The notes under the pieces: generated by a model
The model's database searches: none
The model's input: the letters and a program-made list of their open reading frames with translations, nothing else
Told to the model about the DNA's origin: nothing
Assembly (NCBI GenBank): GCA_009914755.4
Contig: CP086569.2
Span: 27,232,001 to 27,296,000, forward strand
Direction of reading: 5' to 3'
From: the human T2T-CHM13v2.0 reference genome, Homo sapiens
Length of the DNA stretch: 64,000 bases
Translations under genes and position numbers: made by a program
Shown here: positions 28,673 through 46,720 of the stretch, in pieces
Numbering within the stretch: the stretch's first letter is position 1
Layout of the letters: every line of letters begins with the position of its first letter

Positions 28673-29140
28673 TGATAAAGACACTGTCGTTAAGAGAGAG
28701 GGCTAGAGGCAGTGATTATGTGCCAGAGAAAACTAGCAGCCTAGATTTAAGAGGATAGTATAATCCAAAGCTTTTCAGAAGGAATAGATATATTTTATAG
28801 AAGGCATTAAGACATAAAGCAGATTATTGAAACTTCATTGTACACTGTAACCATATAATTGGCCTTTACTTATATATTTCTTCTTTTACTTTGAAGTTTG
28901 TTTTCATATCAAAAGTTGAGAATGTAAAATTATTCAAGCTTTATAATATTTTATTTTAGATTTGTGTAAAAGTGAATGCTCTTTATATTCCATAGCAAGT
29001 AACTGAAAAGCTACTGAAAAGTGTCCAACCCAAGAATTTTGTGTATTTTTCATTTTGAATATACTTCTCAGTGATTTCATTTTTGAATCCTAGCCCTTTT
29101 AAATTTTAGAATACAAGGTAGTTTAAAATGGCTTCAATAA

Positions 29141-29436
29141 GGCTGGGTGCGGTGGTTCGCACCTGTAATCCCAGCGCTTAGGGAGACCGAAGTGGGTGGA
29201 TCACGAGGTCAGGAGTTTGAGAACAGCCTGACCACCATGGTAAAACCCTGTCTCTACTAAAAATACAAACATTAGCTGGGCGTGATGGTGCACACCTGTA
29301 ATCCCAGCTACTCAGGAGGCTGAGGTAGGAGAATTGCTTTGACCCTGGGAGGCTGAAGTTGCAGTAAGCCAAGATCGCACCACTGCACTCCAGCCTGGGT
29401 GACAGAGGGAGACTCCGTCTCAAAAGAAAAAAAAAG
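29141..29436 (+). mobile_element. Alu SINE
   Basis: ggctgggtgcggtggttcgcacctgtaatcccagcgcttagggagaccgaagtgggtggatcacgaggtcaggag...ctcaaaagaaaaaaaaa. Confidence 0.9.
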
Positions 29437-29596
29437 GGTTGGGGGGCTCTAATAAATTAAGTGGTACATTTTAAATAATTGTTTATTAGATACTGTGTAT
29501 GCAGATAAACCTGTTTAAATATAGAAGATTTATATTCCTATTTACATGTATTCTTTTGACAAATTAGAATTGAAAATTATATGAAAATAGATTTTC

Positions 29597-29913
29597 AGCT
29601 GGGCGTGGTGGCTCACGCCTGTAATCCCAGCACTTTGGGAGGCCGAGGCAGGCGAATCACGAGGTCAGGAGATCGAGACCACGGTGAAACCATGTCTCTA
29701 CTAAAAATACAAAAAATTAGCCAGGTGCGGTGGTGGGTGACTGTAGTTCCAGCCACTCAGGAGGCTGAGGCAAGAGAATGGTGTGAACCCGGGAAGCGGA
29801 GCTTGCAGTGAGCTGAGATGGTGCCACTGCACTCCAGCCTGGGCAACAGAGTGAGACTCCATCTCAAAAATAAATAAATAAATATAATAAAATAAAAAAT
29901 TAAATAAAAAAAC
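29597..29913 (+). mobile_element. Alu SINE (AluY-like) with A-rich tail
   Basis: agctgggcgtggtggctcacgcctgtaatcccagcactttgggaggccgaggcaggcgaatcacgaggtcaggagatcgagaccac... Confidence 0.9.
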
Positions 29914-30185
29914 TTTCTTTCTGTCATGAAGACTTAAATAGTAAAATATCTTCCTTCTATTATTTTTATCTTTTTTGTTTATAATGGTTAGGAAGTGAAT
30001 ATCTAATTTTCTATACTGTGAAAAATACGTATAAAGTATCATGGAAGTTCAAAATTCATTTTCCTTGAAGATAATTGCAAAGTTTTCTTCTTCAGAAATA
30101 TATCCTGTTATCATTAGGTTTAGTTGTACTGATAAATGGCAGTTGATGATTTGTAATTTTTTAAACATATTTTATTCATAACAGT

Positions 30186-30483
30186 TTTTTTTTTTTTTTT
30201 TGAGACGGAGTCTCATTCTGTTGCCCAGGCTGGAGTGTATTGGTGTGGTCTCGGCTCACTGCAGCCTCCACCTCCTGGGTTCAAGCAATTCTCTGCCTCA
30301 GCCTCCCAAGTAGCTGGATTACAGGCACCTGCCACTACACCTGGCTAATTTTTTTTTTTTGTATTTTTAATAGAGATGGGGTTTGACGGTCTTGGCCAGG
30401 CTGGTCTTGAACTCCTGACCTCGTGATCCACCCGCCTTGGCCTCCCAAAGTGCTAGGATTACAGGCATGAGCCACCGCATCCT
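30186..30483 (-). mobile_element. Alu SINE
   Basis: Poly-T, gagacggagtctcattctgttgcccaggctggagtgtattggtg...gcctcccaaagtgctaggattacaggcatgagccaccgcatcctg. Confidence 0.9.
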
Positions 30484-30484
30484 G

Positions 30485-30776
30485 TTTTTTTTTTTTTTTT
30501 TTTTTTTTAAGGTGGAGTCTCACCATGTTGCCCAGGCTGCAGTGCAGTGGTGTGATCTCTGCACACTGCAACCTCCCCCTCCCGGTTTGAGTGATTCTTC
30601 TGTCTCAGCCTTCCGAGTAGCTGGGAATACAGTGCCTGGCTAATTTTTGTACGTTTAATGGAGACAGGGTTTCACCGTGTTTGCCAGGCTGGTCTCAAAC
30701 TCCTGACCTCAAGTGATCCCCCCCACCTCAGCCTCCCAAAATTCTGGGATTACAGATGTGAGCCACTTGTCTGACC
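30485..30776 (-). mobile_element. Alu SINE, directly adjacent to previous Alu
   Basis: 24-nt poly-T, ggtggagtctcaccatgttgcccaggctgcagtgcagtgg...gcctcccaaaattctgggattacagatgtgagccacttgtctgacc. Confidence 0.9.
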
Positions 30777-30777
30777 T

Positions 30778-30870
30778 ATTTTCCTCTTTTTCTTTTTACC
30801 TTTTTTCCTTTCCTTTTTTTCTTCCTTTCACTGTTTTCGTCTTTATGTCTCTCACCCTCACCCTTCCTCA
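30778..30870. repeat. Pyrimidine-rich low-complexity tract
   Basis: tattttcctctttttctttttaccttttttcctttcctttttttcttcctttcactgttttcgtc... Confidence 0.7.
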
Positions 30871-31477
30871 GTTCAATTCAAAGAGCAATATACTGCCATA
30901 TCTGGAGAATTTTTAGCTGGAATTTAATCTTTATTTTAAAAGAGTAAGAATTTATACCATTATTATGTTTTCAACTGAGGTCGTTTTACAGAAGGAATTC
31001 TTTTTTTTATGTAGGAATGTGTTTTAAGACTTTTTGTTTCTAACGTCTAAGTTTCATAGAGAAAAAAAGGTAAAAGATTGACATTATTCTCATAGTCTTT
31101 TACTCTTTTCTCAAAGGTTCAGGTCCTAATTTTCTTTCAATTATACTAATTTATTTAAGCAGTCTCCTTTAGGTGGTCATTTGGGTTGTATACATATTCT
31201 TGTCTGTGTTTTATCAGTCATTTATTATTTAATTTCACATATGTGCAAGTATATATTTGAAGGATAGCATTCTAAAATTGCTGAGTTAAAGGGTATATGC
31301 ATTTACAAACTTGACAGATATTACCAGTTGTCCTCTATAAAGTGAAACTGGTTTATATCACCACAGCTAACATATAAATGTCTGTTTTCTACCATATTAT
31401 TAAATTACTGAACTTCATCCATCTGATGGAAAAGGAGAAATCTGATTGTACCTTACTTTTTATATTTTTAATTTTTT

Positions 31478-31593
31478 TATGAGATGTCTTGGTATGTTGG
31501 CCAGGATGGTCTCAAACTCCAGCCTCAAGCAATCCTCTCACCTCAGTCTCCCAGAGTTCTGGGATTACACGCATTAGCTACCATGCCTGGCCC
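31478..31593 (-). mobile_element. Alu left-monomer (FLAM-like) fragment
   Basis: gagatgtcttggtatgttggccaggatggtctcaaactccagcctcaagcaatcctctcacctcagtctcccagagttctgggattacacgcattagctaccatgcctggcc. Confidence 0.8.
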
Positions 31594-31629
31594 TGATTAC
31601 CACCCCACCACTCACCCACCGCCCCCCCC

Positions 31630-31929
31630 TTTTTTTTTTTTTTTGAGACAGGGTCTCAGACTCTGTCACCCATGTTAGAGTGTGGCAATGTGATCACTGC
31701 TCACTGCAGCCTTGGCCTCCTGGCCTGAGGTGATTCTCCTGCCTCAGCCTCCCAAGTAGCTGGGACCACAGACACATGCCACCATGCCTGGCTGATTTTT
31801 TAAATTATTTGTAGGGACGTGGTCTCACTGTGTTGCACAGGCTAGGCTCAAACTCCTGAGCTCAAGTTATCCTCCCGCGTCAGCCTCCCAAAGTGCTGTG
31901 ATTACAGGGCTGAGCCACTGTGCCCAGCC
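31630..31929 (-). mobile_element. Alu SINE (AluJ-like)
   Basis: Poly-T, gagacagggtctcagactctgtcacccatgttagagtgtggcaatg...gcctcccaaagtgctgtgattacagggctgagccactgtgcccagcc. Confidence 0.9.
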
Positions 31930-33307
31930 TCTGATTATACTTTTAATTGTAATTTATCTTATGCTTGAAGTTGAACGTATACAGTAAAGACTTTACGGTA
32001 TTGTAGGCTGAAGTTTCAGAATCATCCAGGACCAATGATGTTAGCAGAAATGCAAAACTAGCCAAGGAGTATCGAGAGGACAAAATTGATAACTGATATT
32101 GTTATTACCTTCAAAGTTTGATTGCATTGGTTAGCTTATTGTTTTTATTAAAGTCATTTTAAAGAGCATATAAAGTTCTATGCCAAAGCGTGTTTGGCCT
32201 GACAAGTTGGGCTGTCACTTCCTTTTGACAAGACTCATTTTTATCAGCTTTAAATGCATGTGTCATTACTATTCTGGTTAGATAACATAATTATCCTACT
32301 GCAGAATATATAATTTCAAGAGTCTTGTGGATATTTGATGCCTTTTCCTCTGAAAACAATGGAATTGTTTTCAAACCACTTTTATTTCAGTAAGATAAAT
32401 GTAATCCTTCCTTTAATTGTAATGCAAAATTTAAGAGCACATTGAAATGAAAACAAAAGCTTAACACTACCTACATTTTGAAAGTTGTAAGACACTAGAT
32501 AAGTTAGATTTTATGTTTCTTGTGGTACCGCATAGAAACAAAGGTCATTCAAACTAAGTTTGAATGAGAATTAAGTTTAATGGCTCACTTGCTAAACCTG
32601 AGTTGCACAATTCTCACAATTCCTTAGGGATGTGGCAAGGTTATCCTTAAATGTAAAGTTTTTGCTCACTTAATGGAAAGCACTGTAGATATATAAATAA
32701 CATTGTTACCTGTCTTAGTGGGTCAGTATAATAGGGGTGGTGGTACATGTGAAAATGGTGAAATTTATAGCTAGTTTTGAGGCCCTTATGACTTTTAAGA
32801 GGTATTATGAGTCACTTTAACAAGTTAGTGTTTGTGACATAGTTTCAATTTCTTATGTGAAAGACGTTATTTCAATTGTAAATGTTCTTTTAATATTCTG
32901 GAGAGCTACTCTTTCCTAGCCACTCAGTTTTACTGACTTTAAAAGTTGTTTACAGTTTGTTTCATGTTCAAATGTAGGGTTTTAGTAATTCCTTGGGGTG
33001 GGGGGCAGGAATGGGCAGAAGGCCATTGTCTCTAATTTTCCTTTTTCCAACTTTCACTTTCTTTTTTCTATGGATTACATGTCAAGGTGGGTGAGAAAAA
33101 TGGGGGAGATTGAGAAAAGGGAGCAATTTATTGTTTGTAGGGGAGGTACAAAGTAAAGTCACTTAAGGAATCTGTCATAAAATTTAAATATATGATGAAG
33201 CTTGTGCAAGGGGATTATAAGAACTGATTTTACTTTAACCCTCCCTGCTTTATAAAAAGATCTTGTTGATGGCAAAAAGACAAACACTTTAGCAAATTGT
33301 CCTGTAA

Positions 33308-33635
<328 letters not shown>

Positions 33636-33917
33636 TAGTTGTTTTATATTGTAGACTCTTAAATGATGTGGACTATGTGTTGTAAAATCCATACCCTGAA
33701 GTAAAATGCATTTAGATGGCCCCCACTTCCCTTTTTAACTTAAATCCTTTTTCCCCCTTGCAGTCAGTGCATTTTTATATTTGTACATACTTTGTGAGAA
33801 ATGTGTAAAGGAAATATTTTTGCATCTAATTGTTCTAACTTCCAAAGATTCTTTACTGAGTTAAAAAAACTTTTTTTTTAGTCTAAACTGAATTTTGTCT
33901 GTCTTTCCCCTACTCAG

Positions 33918-34021
33918 GCCCAGATTGCCTTCCTACAGGGAGAAAGGAAGGGCCAAGAAAATTTGAAGAAGGATCTTGTGAGGAGGATCAAAATGTTGGA
34001 GTATGCTCTTAAACAGAAAAG
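33918..34021 (+). CDS. Striatin-family coiled-coil coding exon (STRN/STRN3-like)
   Basis: Acceptor ctttcccctactcag|GCCCAG and donor CAGAAAAG|gtaattc. Frame 1 reads AQIAFLQGERKGQENLKKDLVRRIKMLEYALKQK(R), matching the striatin N-terminal coiled-coil (recalled AQIAFLQGERKGQENLKKDLVRRIKMLEYALKQERAKY) 33/34 with one E>K; KK distinguishes it from STRN4 (KT). Confidence 0.8.
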
Positions 34022-34038
34022 GTAATTCAGTAAAATGA

Positions 34039-34352
<314 letters not shown>

Positions 34353-34766
34353 AAAATATTGGTCTCTTAAATGTTGGAATAAATTTTTCATCTTTCCTAA
34401 AATAAATTGAAATGTTAATACTGCTTGAGTTCAGGTGTGTCTGTAGTAAATATTTGTATGAATGGTTGTAATATGTTAATTTTATTATTAATAATTTAAT
34501 AATGATCAAAAAACTGATTTATATGATTTCTTAAAAATTAGCAACATTTTTTTCCTACTCTGCCTGTTCTGAAGAAGCAGATGTGCTCCCTGAACTGTTA
34601 ATACCCATTCATTTTAAAGTTGAAATAGTTTTTAATTTTTAAAGGAAGTTTCTATAATGTTTACTCCTTTTCCTGTCATTTAATATTATTCAATTTGATG
34701 TGTTTTCTTTAGAAAAAAATTGTTCTAGCTGACTATGTTAAGAGACTATGTTAAGATTCTATGTAG

Positions 34767-35076
<310 letters not shown>

Positions 35077-35651
35077 TATAGACTTTTTTTGTGTATTTTA
35101 CTCCTTTGCTGTCTTCCATTACAATCTGTCCAGAAGCTTATCTTACCTATTTTGTTAGTGTCTAAGATACTCCAGTAACTAAATTTGGGTCACAAGTAAA
35201 GGAAAATAGGTCGTGAGTGAGATTTTTGGAAGTTATATGAGTTATTTATTTGCTTTAATGAATATGCCTTGGATTTTTTTGTCAACAATCTGAGTTCATT
35301 TGTTTTAGATAACTGAGTACTTATAGGTGATATTGGAATTATCTATTTTGCTACTTTCTTGCTTTGTTTTTAATGATGCTTGTTTTGTTTTTCTCTTTTT
35401 GAAGTTGGTGAATGGGATATTTGCAATAAAATAGCATTTAGATGCAGTTAGATAAATAGATTATATTTATGAATAATGAGAAACAGATAAAATTTTATTA
35501 GAACTTATGTTCATCATCATGTAGAATCTTTAAATGGTGTAAGACATTGAAAATAGGTTGACCTCTTAGTGAAAAATACGTGTTTCTTTTCATACTTTGG
35601 GAAAGTTGATGAAAAGCTGTAGTAGGGACATGGAAAGAAAAAACATTTTTA

Positions 35652-36268
<617 letters not shown>

Positions 36269-36289
36269 TGTACCTGGTCGAGTATTTGA

Positions 36290-36584
<295 letters not shown>

Positions 36585-36855
36585 AGAGTGGTTATTTTCA
36601 TCTGGAAGATGAAAGTAGAAAGGAGTTCAGAGTAAGAGGAGGTGTGGCTTGAATAGCATCAAATAAGAAGGTGCTTGTGAGACAGACAAGGTGCAGGAAG
36701 TAGAGAGAACATGTTTGACATGGAACAAAGCAGTTTGGTGGGTTCAGAAATTTGTAATCTTTGTGTGTGGAGAGTAGGATGTTGGTTGTGGTCCTCCTCT
36801 CAGTTGATGACCGATAATGGTAGAGGGGGCAAGAGTCAGATCATAGAGAGCCTAA

Positions 36856-37062
<207 letters not shown>

Positions 37063-38187
37063 TGATCTCAAACTAATAGAGGAGTTGCAAGAATCTAGTA
37101 TACACTTTACCCAGATTCACCAATTGAAAATGTTTTGCTATATTTGCTTTATTCTATTAGCTCTCTCTATAGGTATCATTTTTTCCCCTAAATCATTAGC
37201 TAGTTTGTCCCTAACTACCTCTGTGTATATTTCCTAAGAACAAGGACATTTCCTTATGTGATTATAGTACATTACCAAATTAAAGAAATGTAACATTGAT
37301 ATTCTGTTATCTGATATAGTCTATATTCAGATGCTCTAAAAAATGATCTTTACAGCATTTTTTTTCCTGGTCCAGGATCCAATCTGGAAATATATACTGC
37401 ATTTAGTTGTTAAGCGCTTGAAAGTTTTAAGCAAGATAGAGGATGAAATACATTTTAGAAAGATCTCCTGACCTCAGTGTGGGAGTGGACTGGAAAGATC
37501 TGTAAACACAGGCAGAAAGATTGTAATAGTCTAAGATGAGAAATGATAACACAGTAGCTGCTGAAATAGAGACACATCAACTATAAAAAAGATTAAGTAG
37601 AGTCCATGAAATCTGAAGCTTATATAAAAATTTGGAGATGGGACAGTGGGTGAGTGAGAAAGATAATTTGAGAACGACTCCCAGGTTCCTGGCTTGAAGG
37701 ACTATCTGAATTATGAGAGACTTTTAGAAGGTATCAAATGAATTAAAAAGAAGAATTAAAGAGCAGATATGTGAGGGGGACACATGATGAGAGATATATG
37801 CTTGGGAATCATCAATATTATTGTGAATGAAGTGAAAGGAGTAGTTGATAGAACAAGTATTGTGGAAACAGAAGAGAGAACTAGAAAGAGTGACAGGAAG
37901 TAGAAATATTTGAAGAGAAGGCAGAGGAAGAAGAGCCAACAAAGAAATAGAGAAAGAAGGAGGAGAGAGTAGTATTTTGGAAGTGAGTTAAAGGAGGAAG
38001 TTCAATAACTGAAGATGCTAAGTAGAGTCCAAGTAAGTTGTATACTGAAAATAGTCATTTGGAGTTGCCATTTAGAAGCTTACTGGTACCCTTACTAAAG
38101 CAGCCTCAGTAAGGCAGCAGGAACATGAGCCAGATCACAGAGGATTGAGGGCTGAGAAGGATGAAGTGGGGAGAGATGGAGTTGCTT

Positions 38188-38476
38188 ATTATTATTATTA
38201 TTTTCTTTGAGACAGAGTCTTGCTCTGTCACCAGGCTGGAGTGCAGTGGCCTGATCTGCAATCTTCGCCTCCCAACTTCAAGCAATTCTAATCCCCCAGC
38301 TGAGTAGCTGGGATTACGGGCGTGCGTCACCACACCCCGCTAATTTTTGTATTTTTACTAGAGACGGGGTTTTGCAGTGTTGGCCAGGCTGGTCTCAAAC
38401 TCCTGACCTCAGGTAATCCGCCCGCCTTGGCCTCCCAAAGTGCTGGGATTACAGGCATGAACCACCATACCCGGCC
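38188..38476 (-). mobile_element. Alu SINE
   Basis: (TTA)n/T head, gagacagagtcttgctctgtcaccaggctggagtgcagtggcctg...gcctcccaaagtgctgggattacaggcatgaaccaccatacccggcc. Confidence 0.9.
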
Positions 38477-38830
38477 TGTATATTCATATTGTACCTGCAA
38501 TAATACAGGGTACTGTGTTTCATGTATTACATAACGTATGTATTGCTTAAAGGATGTTTCTGTGTTCTGGAAGGTATCAGGGTAAGGTAAAAAGACCAAC
38601 GCCTTTTTAAATTGTACCAACCTGAGTACCAGCTCTTTCCATTATTGACCATTTGCCTTTGAGGAAATTATTTGAGCACCTGGGCCTTAGTTTCCTCTTC
38701 TGCAAAATAATATCTGATATTAAGGAAATATTTGGTCTACTCTTACAACATGTTTGGATTTCATTATTTGAAGAAACTTGGATGTTCCAAGTCCTCATGG
38801 TTAAAAACTTGATTTGAAAACCCAGTATTA

Positions 38831-39020
38831 GGCTGGGCATGGTGGCTCATGCCTGTAATCATAGTTACTTGGGAGACTGAGGCAGGAGACTCACTTGAAC
38901 CCAGGAGGCAGAGGTTGCAGCCAAAATTGCACCACTGCACTCTAGCCAGGGTGACAGAGTGAAACTCTGTCTCAAGAAATAAATAAATAAATAAATAAAT
39001 AAGGAAGAAAGAAAAAAAAA
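38831..39020 (+). mobile_element. Alu with internal deletion and (AAAT)n tail
   Basis: ggctgggcatggtggctcatgcctgtaatcatagttacttgggagactgaggcaggagactcacttgaacccaggaggcagaggttgcagcc...ctcaagaaataaataaataaataaat. Confidence 0.85.
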
Positions 39021-39614
39021 ACAGTATTGAGGTATAATAATGTGACTTTATTCAGGAGAGTCAGCGAAGCATAGTGGTTAGAAGTTCAAGATCCTGAGTG
39101 AGTTACAGAATTGATCCCTCCAAGCCTCACTTCCTTCATCTCTAAAATGATGGGAATAATAATAATAGGACTTCCTATATGGCACTGGTGTGAGGAGTAA
39201 GTGAGGTTAACCAGTAAAGCATCATCACTGTCATCATCCCTGTTTCTACAGCAACAACATTGTGAGGGAGTTTGCTTCTGTAACTATTTTCTGTTGTATA
39301 CAGTAACATTTTATTTTTCAAAATTTTACTTTATACTAGAACATTTTAAATCTTAGAATATTAACAAGGATAGTATGTATTATCTGGGAACCCCCAAACA
39401 GGGTGGTAGGAAAGCACGAACTCATGGTATATTGACATCAACAGTGAAACACTTAAGAGCATCAAAATCATGAGTGATCAAACTCCAATGGAATTTATCT
39501 TAAATTTGACCTCGTTTCTGAGAAAATTTAATTTCTAAATAGCTAAATTTTCACTTTTTAATTTATGTCTTCTTTTTAAAACTCTCATTTGTGTCTCTAA
39601 TTTTTGTTTTCTTC

Positions 39615-41148
<1,534 letters not shown>

Positions 41149-42970
41149 TTGATGTGCTTTCCTAGAGTAACTCTCAATTTAGAGGCTTCAGTGGTGAAAG
41201 AAGGTCAGGATGGATGTTAATCACACTTTTGTTTCTATTCTTTAGTTGGCTTAAACCTTTTCACTTCTTACATATCCTCTATGGTATCTGGAATATATCT
41301 ATAATATGAGCCAAGAAGAACAGTGAGATAAGTTCAAATTACCATAAAACCCTAAAGAAGGGCTCTGTTATTTGGGCAAGTATAGTGTGGGAGAAAATTA
41401 GGGGAAGTGTAAAGATTATTAGGTATGTGCTAACTGAAAGGTAGCAGGATCTGTTTGTTGTTTTAGATGAGATAATGGCCTGTGAACAAGAGCCTTAAAA
41501 CACTGACAGAAAAAGAAATAATAGTTTTGATAATACATAGAAGTGGAAACAACAATTAAAAGTGAAAATGACTGAATTTGGTTCAGTGCTCTACTATGCC
41601 CTTCTCAAAAAGAATTGGTCATTGCTATTAACTGCAATTCACCCTTTATTTGTTGTACCATATTTTAAAAGTATTCAATATTTAAAGCAGACACAATTAA
41701 CCTGTCACCTTATTTGATTGTGCATCATATAGAATTTCCTTCTTACGTTTAATGTTTTACTATCTCTTATGTTTTCTTTACTGTATTGTGCTTCTTTGGT
41801 TTATTAAACATATTTTAAATCATATAAATAATAATGAAAGTTTACTTGCAAAAAAAGTCAAATGGTGTAAAAGAATATTATACTTTACCCCTCATTTCTC
41901 TTCTTTTTTTCTGAAATAACCATTGTCGTTAGTTTGATATATGTTCTCTCAATCCACATTAAATGGCAGTTACACATTTATCTGCTGTTTTATTTGACTT
42001 GTATGGGACCATACTATACATATATTGTCCTGCAGTGTGCATATATATATGTATTTATATTCATTACTTAGCAGTATGTTTTGAAAGCATTTCCTTGTCA
42101 GTACACAGAGATAGACCTTACTCATTTTATAGTTCTATATGTCCCATTGTTATGAACGCAGACCATAATTTCTTTTACCATTTTCTTTTTGAATAATGGA
42201 GCTATAGTACATCATTTTCCATATGTTCTTGTGTACATGTTTGAGTACTTTCAATTCCTAGGAGGGTCAAATAATAGGTGTATTTTAAATTGCCATAAAT
42301 ACTTACAAATTCTCTTCTGAAATGATAGCCAGTTGACCCACTCCAACCAATTATGTAAAAATCCTATTTCTTCACAGCCTAACTCATACTGGATATTGTT
42401 AATCTTTCAATGTTCTGGATGAAAACTGATATCAATGGTGTTTTCATTTGCATTTCGCTGATTGATAACCAGATTACATGTCTTTTCATATGATTATTGG
42501 CTATTTGTACTTCCTCTGTGACTTAACTTTTTACATCCTTTGACTATTTCTGTTGAGATCTTTGTTAATTGTGTTTGTAGGAACTCAATATATTATGGGC
42601 TTCAATTCTTAAACTCTTACATGTGCTGGAAATATGTTTCCCTGTCTGTCTCTTTGCCTTCTTTTAAAATAATTTGACTTTAAAAATCATAGTAAGCATT
42701 TGGTTTAATATAAAAGGTGATAATATAAAGCACAAGCTTATGAAGCAGTTCTTTTTATCACCTATTAGGCCTGTTCTCAGAGCCAACGTCTTTTAATCTT
42801 TTAGATGTATTTTACTTTTTATACTTCTAAATTATATGCTTCTATCTATTTTAGATATCATCTAGTGTATATATCTTCTCCTCATCCTTCCAATATAGAT
42901 ACATCACAATTTTTTGTTAGACCTGTATTCATTGTTTATACTAATATGACTATGGACAAATGTGTGGGGT

Positions 42971-43633
<663 letters not shown>

Positions 43634-44055
43634 TGAGTATATTTTCTTTCCTGTTCCCCTGTTCCCACCCAAAGTTAACAATTGCTTTATTTTTTTCCTA
43701 TTTGTTTTTCCTACATTTCAAAAAATATTGGATTAACTGTTAATTCTGTTTTTTGTCCATGGGTACCAGGAGCTGTCTGTCTGTAGCTGTCATCTATACC
43801 TAGCTTTTTTGGCACAACTGTCTTCCTATCATTTTGCCCTCCTCCTGGGCCTTTTGTCTCTTCTATGTTGAATACGCTTTCTTTTTGGACCACATATTTT
43901 CTTCTCTATCTCATTTTGTTGGAGCACATGCTTTGAGATCCTCGATCTATAAAAAAATCTTTCCTCTGTCTTGTTACTTTTTTAATGGTTTACTTGAGGA
44001 TAAAATTCAAGATTGGAAATAGTTTTATTTCACATTAAGCCTTTGCTGGAAATAG

Positions 44056-44520
<465 letters not shown>

Positions 44521-44896
44521 TACTCCACTGTCTTATGTTGTTGAGAATGCTGTTGCCATTTTTTCCATTCTATCCTAGATCCATTGTATGTGATCTCTCT
44601 CTTTTTTTTTTCTTTTGGTAACTTTTAGCATCTTCTCTTCATAATATTAATAAGTTTCAGGAGGGCTATCCTTGGTAAGGGATTTTATTTGTTTACAATC
44701 ATTGTTCTAGGCATTATTAGGTAATTTTAAGTAACTTCATTTTTCAATTCTGGCTAAATTTTCTTGTTTTATTTTATAATTTCAGCCTCCCATTTTTTTT
44801 TTCTTTTTCTCCTATTGTTCTATGCTCTGGGGACATTCCTTAACTATTATCTTACAACCTCTCCATTGGGTTTTTGTTTCTGATGCCATGTTTTTA

Positions 44897-45230
<334 letters not shown>

Positions 45231-45290
45231 CCAAAATCAAACTAACTAAATGCTTTGTTCTTCTTCTTCTTTTTAGTATTATATTTTTTT

Positions 45291-45333
45291 CCCAAAGTGT
45301 TGGGATTACAGGCGTGAGCTATTGTGCCTGGCC
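45291..45333 (-). mobile_element. Short Alu 5'-end fragment
   Basis: cccaaagtgttgggattacaggcgtgagctattgtgcctggccc. Confidence 0.7.
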
Positions 45334-45476
45334 CAGTTCACTCTCTTGAAGGCTCTGGGCTATAAATGTCACACATCACATCTATTTAGGTTCTGCTGGT
45401 GATAATTTAAACATATGCCCATACCTAAACCAATAGGGGCTGGGAAATGTAATGTTGCTGAACAGCTGTGCACAGG

Positions 45477-45779
45477 TTTTTTTTCTTTTAAGAGGTGTGA
45501 TGTCACTCTGTCTTCCAGGCTGGAGTGCAGTGGTGTGATCACAGCTTACTGCAGCCTCAAACTCCTGGGCTCAAGTGATTGATCCTGCTGCCCCCACCCT
45601 TCCAGGTACTAAGACTACAGGTGCATGCCACAACACCTGGCTACTTTTTAAATGTTCTGTAGAGATGGGGTCTCACTTTGTTACTCAGATTGGTCTTAAA
45701 CTCCTGGCTTCAAACTATCCTCCTGCCTCAGCCTCCCAAAGTGCTGAGATAACAGACATGAGCCACCATCCCCTGCCCA
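45477..45779 (-). mobile_element. Alu SINE (AluJ-like)
   Basis: T-rich head, gaggtgtgatgtcactctgtcttccaggctggagtgcagtggtgtgatcacagcttactgcagcctcaaactcctgggctcaagtg...gcctcccaaagtgctgagataacagacatgagccaccatcccctgccc. Confidence 0.9.
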
Positions 45780-46690
45780 TGGACAGATTTTTAATTCATT
45801 TACCAAGATAAAAAGCAAGAGTAGATTTTGAGAGATAGGTATGAGTTCCTGCCAAGGAGTCTGTCACTTATGTTAGACACTTTCTTAAAATATCTACTGT
45901 TCTTTGAATGTTTATTAATACTTGAGAGGAAGGCCATGAAAAGCTGTTTGTTAGATGCATGAATGGACGGGACTAGTTAACCACTGGCTTCATTTGAGAG
46001 GAATCGGGAAGAAATCTCTTCATGTAGGGACTTCTGTAACTCCTTATTTATAATTTTTCTCACTGAGTTTCTCCAATGAGAGCTCTTCCAACCACCTGAC
46101 TTGAGGCTATAGGCTTTGGCTGTGTGCTGAGAACTGGGTGGGGGAAAAGGATTGGGGTGAGGGGGCTATCTCACCATTCAGCATACAGACTTTCACTTAA
46201 TTCTCCTCTTATAAATCCAACAACTTATTTCCTCTTTCCATTTTAATTTCTCCAAAAAGTAAACTGCCCATCTTCTTCAGGAATGGAGGAGGATACACAT
46301 CTAGAGGTACATGTGGGAGTTGGGACATGGGGGATCTAACTGTTCCCTAAACCTATTTTCAATTAATCCTCCTGTTTTTTGTTCCTTATCCCCACTCATA
46401 GCTTCAATGGTACCTGATTCCTCTCTTCTTAAGGCTTTTTGAAGCCTTTTTGCTTCTTGTCTTCCCTTTTACAGATAGTTTTAGTATCTTCTTCTCTGCT
46501 AAGTCAGTTACTACTCATTTGTGCACTTTTCATCATTTACAGTTTTACTCCCATCTCTTGTCTGTCCTTTTTCTTTTCATCTTTGTGCTTTTGTACTTTT
46601 TCCTCTTTTCTGGCCATTTGGTAGGTGTTACAAGGGAGCAGAGATTTAAGCATGGATTCGATTTGCCAGTTTTAGTCCTTGCTGCCTATC

Positions 46691-46720
46691 GTGTGTGTGT
46701 GTGAGTGTGCATGTGTGTGT
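46691..46720. repeat. (GT)n-rich microsatellite
   Basis: gtgtgtgtgtgtgagtgtgcatgtgtgtgt. Confidence 0.8.

Noticed and set aside
32007-32096. Acceptor-preceded 30-codon ORF (AEVSESSRTNDVSRNAKLAKEYREDKIDN*) with an ATTAAA about 50 bp downstream
   Set aside because: It could be a small 3'-terminal exon, but I recognise no homology. Length and signals are within chance expectation; it cannot be supported without transcript data.
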